64,000 bases of DNA, from NCBI GenBank assembly GCA_951406725.2, contig OX597818.1, positions 139,004,001 to 139,068,000 of the forward strand, given 5' to 3'. Within the stretch, counting starts at the first letter, position 1, and each line of letters begins with the position of its first letter. Under the pieces are notes generated by a model. That model was given only the letters and a program-made list of their open reading frames with translations. It was not told the DNA's origin and made no database searches. Position numbers and translations under genes: made by a program. This document shows, piece by piece, positions 52,976-64,000 of this stretch. This stretch comes from Octopus vulgaris. Taxonomy: Eukaryota.

Positions 52976-53364
52976 GTGGAAGCACTCCGTCGGTTACGAC
53001 GACGAGGGTTCCGGTTGATCCGAATCAACGGAACAGCCTGCTCGTGAAATTAACGTGCAAGTGGCTGAGCACTCCACAGACACGTGTACCCTTTAACGTA
53101 GTTCTCGGGGATATTCAGCGTGACACAGAGAGTGACAAGGCCGGCCCTTTGAAATACAGGTACAACAGAAACAGGAAGTAAGAGTGAGAGAAAGTTGTGG
53201 TGAAAGAGTACAGCAGGGATCACCACCATCCCCTGCCGGAGCCTCGTGGAGCTTTAGGTGTTTTCGCTCAATAAACACTCACAACGCCCGGTCTGGGAAT
53301 CGAAACCGCGATCCTATGACCGCGAGTCCGCTGCCGCCCTAACCACTGGGCCATTGCGCCTCCA
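52976..53364 (-). mobile_element. SINE family B full-length copy with 9-bp TSD
   Basis: A-box TGGCCCAGTGG and B-box GGTTTCGATTCCC. GATAGAGAT at 52967-52975 and 53366-53374. Confidence 0.9.
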
Positions 53365-53932
53365 CGATAGAGATAGAGAAGAAGAGAAAGCGTACGTCAA
53401 AAGACACGGAACAGAGAAAGCGAGGCTAATGTATAATGGGAAGTGAGTTGGATTTGGTGGAAGTAAAATGGCGGACGACTAAATTTTGCGGTGCATTCAG
53501 AAAACGACTATTTAACATCCCCATATAACGTGTGTGTGTGTGAATGCATAATATCATTATGGAGTTTGTATTGCAACCACGTGATTTCATATTCGATGCA
53601 GTTGCACAAAATCCTGGATTTTTGACTTTTATACAGTAGCATTTTGGATTAGCAGAAGCATTGAAAATGAAATCTCGTACATTCAGACATTGTATGGAAG
53701 CCTGATCTGTATAACGTGTTAAACAACCATCACTGGTGGACCGCGTAGCTTAGGTTGTTCTATTTTTCATTCTTACCTCGTCTTTTCAATTCTCTTTTTA
53801 TTAACCATCTATATTCCGAAGAAGCACTTTATCTGAAACGTTGTATAAAGTTTTTCTGCTTTCTGCAGCACAAAACCGTCACCAAATAGAGCTTTTGTTT
53901 TCTATGTTCGTGTCTCCAGTCCGTCTTTTTCT

Positions 53933-54477
53933 ACACATACATACATACATACATACATACATACATACATACATACATACATACATACATACATACATAC
54001 ATACATACATACATACATGCATGCATACATACATACATACATACATACATACATACATACATACATACATACATACATACATTCATACATACATACATTC
54101 ATACATACATTCATACATACATACATACATACATACATACATGCATACATACATACATACATACATACATCATACATACATACATTCATACATACATACA
54201 TTCATACATACATACATACATACATACATACATGCATACATACATACATACATACATACATCATACATACATACATGCATACATACATACATACATACAT
54301 GCATACATACATACATACATACATACATACATACATACATTACATACATACATACATTCATACATACATACATGCATACATACATACATACATACATACA
54401 TACATACATACATACATACATACATACATACATACATACATACATACATACATACATACATACATACATACATACAT
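53933..54477 (+). repeat. (CATA)n satellite
   Basis: Directly visible. Confidence 0.95.
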
Positions 54478-54692
54478 AGTTAATCCAAACATGAAAACAC
54501 AAAGAGAAAACACAACGACGCGAGGACGCGGAACAAATATAGTATTATTGGACGCTCAGGAAGGAAGGGAAGAAGGAGGGTTCAACGTTTCGAGCGGAGC
54601 TCTTCGTCAGAAACATAGGAAAAGGAGAGATCCAGAGAAGGGAAGACGGAGGAAAAAAATCACCAACGGTACACACGCGGTCACATTTTGAA
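54478..54692 (-). mobile_element. ~215-bp hammerhead-carrying cassette (solo PLE terminal repeat or retrozyme-like) inside (CATA)n
   Basis: Colinear with 17436-17645 (+) from TTCAAAATGT to GGATT.AC. Confidence 0.8.
54580..54614 (-). ncRNA. minimal type I hammerhead ribozyme
   Basis: GUUU-CUGACGA-A-GAGC(UCC)GCUC-GAAA-CGUU-GAAC. Confidence 0.8.
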
Positions 54693-55128
54693 TACATACA
54701 TACATACATACATACATACATACATACATACATACATACATACACAGGCATGCACACACGCAAGCACGCACACAGAAAATACACTTATATTTATGTATGT
54801 ACGTATGAGTGGGTGGTTGTAAGACAAGTAGCCACTTTGAAATAAAGAATTCACGACGTAAAAATAAATTTGAAATAGACGAGGATAAATATATATATTT
54901 ATAAATTATTTATAAACTCAATGTTTAGTGACAAACTGCAGAATTTTTTTGATCATACTATTATCGTCAAACTGATTTGTTTGACAAGACTGATAAAATC
55001 AAAACATTCTATAGTTTGTTACCAATCATTATGCATAAATATGTACATATCTAAGTTTGTGTTTGTGTGTGAATGTATATGTATGAGTATATATATATAT
55101 ACACACACACACACATATTGGGATTGGT

Positions 55129-55198
55129 CAAGTGATGTAGACACCTCAGATGAGACTAGAATGAGGGTCGAAAATCGATTAACGCTGTCCATCACTTG
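55129..55198 (+). ncRNA. degenerate hammerhead (U4 to A) with extended distal helix I
   Basis: CAAGUGAUG..GACA...CAGAUGA-GAC(10 nt)GUC-GAA-AAUCGAUU-A...UGUC-CAUCACUUG. Confidence 0.5.
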
Positions 55199-55260
55199 TT
55201 CAGTCTACGGAGAAATAAGTCAATTTGCCATTTTTGTATATCTGCTATGTAAGTTTACAA

Positions 55261-55333
<73 letters not shown>

Positions 55334-56192
55334 CACGAAAAATTAAACTTTCCAGAAAATTCTTCCGCAGAAAATTATATACTGTTACGTGATAGAAATT
55401 TTCAAAGTCTATTCACTGATGTATACGCAGCAGGTCTCTACCTCGGTTTAAATCCTGACTGTTCTCTTCAATTTCAAGGCTTTAGTTAACAATAAAATAG
55501 GATTCTTCAGATTGCGCAATGGCGTCAGTAAAAAATCTGGTCAATAAACTTATTAAAGAAGCACAAATCTGTTCAGTTAGACTTGTTCTTCAGCTCAATA
55601 AAAGAGACGAAATCAGAAGACAAAAGACAGAGAAAGCTTACCCTGTAGTCAAGACGCCAAAAACTTAGCGACTTGAGCAACAAAATATAACAGAGGCCAA
55701 ATTCTCGGTTTTTGCAGTCATTACGGTTACAACTATCAGAATGCTGTGTGGTAAAAGAAGCGTCTATACTGATATAGCACTCACCACTTACACAGCTATG
55801 TTTTTGCTCTTCTCCGAATGCACATTTTGCTACTATGAACAACACTCTCCGACGCCACTTAACTTTTTTCTTTGGAACGGTCGTGTTCCATGTAAATCTT
55901 TTACAATAAAACAGACTATGACCTGAAAACTAAGAGCTACTATTCATTTTTTTTAGCCAACATCTTATTCTTTTTAATACAAACATACTTGTCAAGTATG
56001 TTTGAATATACGCATTTACGTATATTCAAACTATCCCGTTATCCACTGCAATATAATAAAAAGCAGTGGTCTGCACATAGTTAAACATTCGCACATAAAT
56101 ACACAGTCACTCACAGGTATACATACATACATACATACATACATACATACATACATACATACATACATACATACATACATACATACTACTCC

Positions 56193-56236
<44 letters not shown>

Positions 56237-56667
56237 GCACATGTACAAACATGCATTATAGCTCGAGGCAAAATATAATGTAAGCGAAAATTCATATGGA
56301 TACAAGAATCATAATGTATTTAAATGCAAACGTATATACATTGAACCACATATAGTACATCACGCGCATAAGTATCCACAAGCCAGACATGCGCAAACAT
56401 ACACATAATATAATAACCACAACGAAGGAAGAAGTATAAGAACTTTAAAGGGATACAAATAATAAAAGTATTGTTCGAACACACGAACATTATAAAACAC
56501 ATTGCAATACTGATATATATGTATATATATACATATAAATACGCATACATACACACTTGTGTATAAAATTGCAGTTTTCGCATTGGCAAATGCATACATA
56601 CAAATACTTCTGGATACAATTGTGAATGTATATACAGATATATTCTTATATACACATTTGTACATAA

Positions 56668-56728
<61 letters not shown>

Positions 56729-58422
56729 AGTATGCACACATACATAAATACACTTAAATAAATATACATACTTCCGCATATACTAGTAAATATGCATTCA
56801 TAGATTCATGGAAACATTCCAGCCCTTAAATCCCTATGTTGGCAATTACATGCGTGAAGACACACAGACACACAGACACACAGACACACACACACACACA
56901 CGCATATAAAGATGCAGGTACACATAACTATGGGTGCCCATTTAAGCATACACATGCATGCATATGCATATATATATATATATATATATTCAGATATATA
57001 CTCTCATACTCATACACATATACATACGTACAAAGGCAAACACAAATATATACACACATATGTACACAGCAAGCATATCACGAACATACAAAAAATGTGG
57101 TCACGCGCACATATACATACATGTAAAAAATATCTATGTGGATATATATATATATATGTATATCATTGTTTATAGATATATATCTATATGTATCTATATA
57201 TACATATATCTATATGTATATACACACACGTTTATATATATATATTATGTATGCACATATATAATACATATTTATATATGTATGTATGCATACACACATA
57301 TACGCGTACATATACACTTGTACCAGTATATATACATACACAACCTAATGGAATCGTACCAGCGCCGAAGATTAAATATTAGCTATTATATGCGTGATAT
57401 ATATGCATAGATATTCTAAGACGTCCGTTCAGACAAAGATATATGTGTATATGAATGCGTGTGTGTAAACCTGTATGTATAATATATATATATATACATA
57501 AACGCACGGATAAACGTACACGCAGCCTTGGCATTACACATACATGCATACATTTTTGCACGTAGCTCCATCCATATTCATTTACATTGTTACAAAAGCA
57601 CGTCCTTATTTACATACATGCATGAATAAAATATCCCAAAAAAAAAGAAAAAATATGTGAAATATGAAAAACGAAGACAATGAAGGAACGAAAAAAAACA
57701 CTAATATGAAAATAAAAAAAATTGTGAAATATGTATCTGTAAAACAAAAAATATATGTCAAAAATGAGAATAGAAAACAGAACCACTTAAATGTACTAAG
57801 TACAACATATAATTGGGAATAATACAGGCATATATGAATAGCAATAGTAACGCTTTCAAATTTTGGCACAAGTCAAGAAATTTCGGGGGGAAGAGGCTAA
57901 CTCGACCCCAGTACTCAACTGTCATTTATTTTATCGACCTAGAAAAGGATGAAAGCAAAGTCGGCCGAATTTGAGCCCAGAATATGCAGGCGGACGAAAT
58001 GGCGCTAAGCATTTCGTCCGGTCTACAAACAATTCTGCCAGCTCGCCGTCCAAAGAATAAGAATAATGATCCTTTTTACTAAAGGCACAAAGCCTGAAAT
58101 TTGGTGGGAGGGGACTAGTCGGTTACATCAACCCCATTACTCAACTGACATTTATTTTATCGGCCCTGGAAGGATGAAAGACAAAGTCGACCCCGGCGGA
58201 ATTTGAACTCTCCAGACATTTTCTTGACCTCCCCCTCCCAGACAGAAGGTAAACTGTTTTTACTTCAAATTTTTATAAATTTTTACTGATATTTATAAGA
58301 TGAGATTCATCGAAATTGGTAATATCCTTTATATCATTTATTAAGTAATTATTTAAAATTATTTTTATCAAATTCCTTCTTAAATTGAAATGTCTAAACT
58401 TACGTCTGTACTATTTCCATTT

Positions 58423-58457
<35 letters not shown>

Positions 58458-58867
58458 TAAGAGTTTAGCAACAAGTTGCTTCACCACATACAGAAACTTT
58501 AGAAATAGCAGCCAAAGACAGCTAATTCCTTTTAACTACAAATATGACTCCACAGACAACAATATTTGTAACTCACATAGGCAAAAAAAAAAGAAGAAAA
58601 AATAACGAAATCAAACAGTCTACGATTAATTATGTACGCATTTCGGGATTAGAATTATAAAAATTAATTTCCTTCATCGGCATAATATTTCGAGAATTAT
58701 AAATTTGAAAATGCTAAACCTGCCCTTTGCTTCTCCGACCAAGCGACATCGAAACATAACACAAGGTTGTCAACTCTTCCAAACTTATAGACGAGTAATT
58801 TCATATTTTCCCTACAAGATTTTGTTAACTTATTAAATTAATACTTCTTTACCCTATATTTGTAATG

Positions 58868-58903
<36 letters not shown>

Positions 58904-59128
58904 CACATGTGTATACATGCATACATACATATACATACATACGTGTATAGATATGTGTAAGTACATATATGTATATATTTATACATTTCCTCCAGTCACA
59001 GGATTATTAATTTACTGGAGGTGTCTGAAACGAAAAATTTTGGTCAAGAACATGATGCACCGCCCAGTCCGGGAATCGAAACCACGATTTTGTGGTCGTA
59101 ACTCACTAACCACTAAGCCACGCGCCTT

Positions 59129-59169
<41 letters not shown>

Positions 59170-60629
59170 CGCATATATATATTAGATATAGGCGTACACA
59201 GAATCACAGACATCCCCATCCTCACACACTCACACACTATATCATGTGAGGCTCACTTTTCTGGAAGTAGGACAACACTGCTGACTGGCCTACAATAAAA
59301 GAAGTATTACACTGAAAAATAGTGAGAACCTACTTCTAAAAGTCGTGATATACTGCGTGGAATATCACCAAGCAAGTAGGGAACGTTAGAGCAAATGCTC
59401 CAATATATCTATAAACGAAGAATCGTTTAACAGTTTTGCAGGAAGCTTTAAGTAGAAGTGATTTCATAGACAAAATACAGTACATACCAATCAGAATAGT
59501 TTTGCCATCCTAATACAAGTAACATCAGATTAAATAAGGTTATTTTGGTATTATCTGCAATTTAGTCTGAAAGTTAGTCCAATATTGCTTGGCCTTTCTT
59601 ATATCGAGTAAGTAGGCATTTTCTCACTAAACTACAACCACGGCACATCTTCGATAAGACGACTACGATAAGTTACAATTGTTCTGATAGCTTTGTTACT
59701 TTTTTGTTAGATTCAGTGGGAACAAAATAATGAACAAAATTAAAAAGTGACAAAAAATTTTCTTTCACAATATAATTGCTTCGTTAGTTACACCATTCCA
59801 CTGAACGGTAATGCTTTCATCAAAATGTAAATATAAAATACTACCTAAGTTTCATCGAGAACATTTTAAAATCTTGATATGATAAAAAAAAAACTTTTTC
59901 ATTCAGAGCTAATCATAAAAGAGGCGGAACATTACTCTCCAAATACATCTGGGACTTGATTGTCAGAGGCATTCATCAATAGTCGACTACCATTCCTTTT
60001 CAGCTGAGTAGATAAGAACAGCGGGAAATGATGTGCCTTGTTCAAGCCACAATGCACCGCCCGATTCAAGATTCGAGCCTACGACACTGATCTTGAACCC
60101 AAAATCCCTAACTGCTAGGCCATACGCACGTTGACTTTTGTGCCGGTTAGCTGGTGATCTAGCCAATTCTCATCAGAGCCTGTTATGGTTCTGGTAAACG
60201 CGTGATCTGTGGCTCTGGTGATAATATAATCGTCAATATGCCAATGTTTCGATCCCGAGTACATTCAAATTGTTTTGTATTTCTCTTTCAATTTAACTGG
60301 GTGCTAGTCAGACAAGATTCTTCTGAGCACAACAAAAATCTAAAATCCATTAACATAAGACCACTTGGGATTAACGTTGCCAGCTAATTCTTTCCAGTAC
60401 ATTCTTCCAAAGATGATACCGTTTTCAGCTCTTACATTTAAGTCACTCATTATGTACAGTTTGTCTGTTTGGGTACCAAATGAATAAGACTCAAAAGTTC
60501 TTAAATGAAACTTCCCCAGATGTAGAAGTAAGGGGCTATATACGATGGAAGTATCTTCAATCGAAACAGATTCTTGTGAAACAATAAAATATCAACGTAC
60601 ACTATTTCAAAAACGCACTATGTCGGTGA

Positions 60630-61080
60630 AAGGCGGCGAGCTGGCAGAAACGTTAGCATGCCGGCGAAATACTCAGCGGTATTTCGTCTGTCTTTACGTT
60701 GTGAGTTCAAATTCCGCCGAGGTCGACTTTGCCTTTCATCCTTTCGGGGTCGATAAATTAAGTACCAGTTACGCACTGGGGTCGATGTAATCGACTTAAT
60801 CCGTTTGTCTGTCCTTGTTTGTACCCTCTATGTTTAGCTCCTTGTGGGTAATAAAGAAACAAGAAACGTTAGCACGCCGGGCGAAATGCTCAGCGGTATT
60901 TCGTCTGCCGTTACGTTCTGAGTTCAAATTCCACCGAGGTCGACTTTGTCTTTCATCCTTTCGGGGTCGATAAATAAAGTACCAGTTACACACTGGGGTC
61001 ATTGTAATCGACTTAATCCGTTTGTCTGTCCTTGTTTGTCCCCTCTATCTTTGGCCCCTTGTGGGCAATAAAGAAATAAG
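60630..61080 (+). mobile_element. SINE family M dimer with ~19-bp imperfect TSD
   Basis: AAACGCACT(A/C)TG(T/C)CGGTGA on both sides; junction at an AGAAAC microhomology. Confidence 0.9.
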
Positions 61081-61099
61081 AAACGCACTCTGCCGGTGA

Positions 61100-61920
61100 C
61101 AATGATGTATCCAGTCATGATCAAATCCACGTCTAACAAATAAAGTAACTCTTGGGTCTCAGGATATGAAGATTACAGCCTAAAAGGTTACAACTTGTTC
61201 CAGTCTCATCCAAAGTCCACCTCAAAAGATCGAAATAGACATCAACAACAACCCGATCGAAGAGGTTACCTGATTTCAATACCCTGGTTATATCGTCTCT
61301 TCCTATGTGACCATGGACAAGGGTATCAACATAAGGATACGTGCAGCTCATTTTGTGTATGGAAAACTTTTTCAAAGAGTCTTTAAGAATCACAGAGTGA
61401 AAACTGTTGCCAAGTTGTCTGTATGCCGATCAGTAGTTATCAAATAATGACTTTATATTTGTTGACTCACACCAAAGAGCTGGAACTGTTCCACCAATAA
61501 AAACTTCATTCACTTGTAGGGGACACAAATGAAGTACACCATAAATATGTCCTTAGAACAAACAGAAACGAAAAACCTCGATGTGATGATAAGCAGTTGT
61601 CAGCTGCTTAGGACTGGCCATGTTCAAAGGATGGACAATGAATAAGTACGAAAATCAATTCTTTATTTCGATCTCGTAGCAGGAAAATGTCATCATTGAA
61701 GTTCACAACTGAGGTTCAGAAAATGTTTTGAAACAGAACCCCACACTTCGTGGAGTCCAGTAATATGCCGTTCATACGGTCACAGAGAAGAGAAAGCAAC
61801 GAAGGAATCTTTGCTATCTTGGCTACTAACTATTTGAGCGGAACAGAAAAGGCAAAGAGTACCAAAAAACAGCATATGAGAAACAGAAAGCTGGCCACGA
61901 CTGGCGAAAGTATCCCAGTA
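61100..61920 (+). mobile_element. RTE-BovB-type LINE 3' remnant
   Basis: KELELFHQ*KL and QL..TGHVQRMDNE*VRKSILYFDLVAGK...QLRF resemble QLRWAGHV.RM...R+PK.+LYGEL..GKR. Confidence 0.65.
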
Positions 61921-62088
61921 AACCCGTACAGGAAATGTCATCAAAAGTTTCAAACAAATCGGGTTTCTGTAGTCATTTGAGGTCCCATGTTAGAAGAAGG
62001 CAGAATAAAATTGAAGTGGGTGAGACTAACAAAATTGAGTATGTCTAATACGTCAATGACTATACACACACATCTGTATGTATGTATG

Positions 62089-62204
<116 letters not shown>

Positions 62205-62239
62205 GTATGTATGTATGTATATATATATATGTATGTATG

Positions 62240-62356
<117 letters not shown>

Positions 62357-62996
62357 GACACACACTGACGCATGCGTGCACAAACGGACGCACACACACA
62401 CATACACATTAGAAAAACACATGTGTATACACACACACGCCAGAGGTTTGTAACCGTGCAAGAACCGTTATACCATCCATGTTTTATTATTGTTTTATTA
62501 TTGTGTGTCTCTGCAAGTCACAATTATTTATATGTTGTACTTACCGCATTTATATCTGTTGCCATTACTCATATATATTTTGTTATTATATATTTTTGAT
62601 TTACATATATTTTTTCAGATTTTTTCATTCGTTATTCGCCTGTTTTGTTTTGTTTTTTTGCATTTTTCATATTTTTCATATTTGCTTTATTATTTTTAGT
62701 TCGAATATGGATGTATAAATGTGTGTATATTTGTATGTATATGTAAATACTTGTTTATGTATTCGACTACGAGTATGTATGCAAGTACGTGTAGGTTCGA
62801 TGGTGTGCATATAATTATGTGAATACACTTCTTTGCGTGCGTGTGTGTATGTATGTATGGTTGAATGAGAGAGTGAGAGAGTGCATGCGTGTGTGTACGT
62901 GTGTGTCTAAGAATACGGATGTATAAACATTGCTTAGACATGTAATTGCTAATATTTAATCATCGGTGCTGATATGGCTCCAAAAATATATGTATG

Positions 62997-63038
<42 letters not shown>

Positions 63039-63059
63039 ACTCCTTATGTAGAGTCTGAC

Positions 63060-63245
63060 CACCTCCATGGCGTCTGATGTGACTTTTTAAACCCGGCAAT
63101 GTATTGAAAATACAGCAACTTTAGATTGCATATCTGATTTGGACCACCAAGAGTTGCAGTTAAGTTCTGATCCTTGTGGATCTTAAAATGTATTTTGAGG
63201 CCTCCGTTAGATTTGCAGACCTTATGACATACACGGTGTTGAAAG
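63060..63245 (-). mobile_element. decayed tandem C2H2 zinc fingers, likely an RTE C-terminus
   Basis: RVCHKVCKSNGGLKIHFKIH and ..FNTLPGLKSHIRRH (frameshifted). Confidence 0.45.
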
Positions 63246-63609
63246 GTGTGCACAGATATATAGGCAGAATAGTTGGTGGAGGTTCGTTTTCGTAAGTTGG
63301 TGGAAGTTCATTTTCATAAGTTGGTGGAGGTTCGTATATAAATATATGCATATATATATATATGCATACATGCACATATGTATACACACACACACATGTA
63401 TATATATATATATTTGTGTGTGTTTGTGTAGACAAATACTTATATGTGCGTATGTATACGTGTATCTATATCTACGTGTGTATGCGCATGTGATTGTATG
63501 TACGTACATCTGAATACATTTTGTATGTAGGTATTGTGAATACGTGCATATATATTTGGATACATCTATATATGTACGTATTAACAGAAGTCCGAAGATG
63601 CACCCAAGA

Positions 63610-63960
63610 TTAATTTTTACTCACATGTAATCTTGTGATCTGTATGTTTAATTCCTGTTCTAGTAGATATTTTTTCGGAAATACCTCTAGTTAATAAGTA
63701 AACCTTAAGCGCTTTGGAGGAGCATAATTTTGAGCAGGGTTCCTCGTAGTGAAAAACAAGGCATTTCTAGAGAGTTAGTATCACTCTGAACTCTCGGGTT
63801 TCGTACAATAAATGTTTTAGCACCTCACTATTGATCTCTCAGATTTGGACGATATTTGAATAGTATGAACATGTTTGGAGAAACATGTATCGGCAGACAT
63901 AGCTATGTCCAGGTCACAAGTGATCCCAGTACTTTAAATTGGTTCTCTGTATAGGCGGGG
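63610..63960 (-). mobile_element. old CR1/L2-group LINE remnant
   Basis: DLDIAMSADTCFSKHV and, after frameshifts, KTFIVR..ILTL*KCLV...CSKLCS resemble DLG+.MS....F..H and LRTF..R..+LTLWK.LV..YCSQLW. Confidence 0.5.
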
Positions 63961-64000
63961 ATGAGGTAGAACTTTTCGTTGTGGCGATAATCTTTCTATA

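Noticed and set aside
60136-60180. CUGAUGA on the minus strand followed by a hairpin
   Set aside because: No GAAA or NUH in register. The same applies to the CUGANGA words at 30998, 36386 and 45510.
63044-63253. Host C2H2 zinc-finger gene
   Set aside because: No TGEKP linkers, frameshifted, first Cys missing; more consistent with an RTE C-terminus.

Overview
AT-rich animal genomic DNA with very dense microsatellites and tRNA-derived SINEs. The repeat set strongly suggests a coleoid cephalopod, probably Octopus; this is inferred from the SINE families and not proven. No intact protein-coding gene is recognisable, and most ORF-track entries are translated microsatellites or SINEs. The window holds decayed remnants of Dong/R4, Tx1/L1, RTE, CR1 and three Penelope-like (PLE) retroelements, mariner and DD37D transposons, several MITEs and a probable Helitron. 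A few candidate minus-strand exons are also present: a clean 164-bp exon at 5032-5195 and a duplicated, possibly USP-like pseudo-exon region at 45.1-46.5 kb. The most notable signal is a set of about eight minimal type I hammerhead-ribozyme (HHR) cores from at least five apparently unrelated short cassettes (40-400 bp), each embedded in or abutting a (TA)n, (CA)n or (CATA)n tract. They include non-canonical cores (G3:C8 swap, C9, long helix II), and two cassettes are head-to-head inverted. All structures were read by eye; none has been folded or searched computationally.
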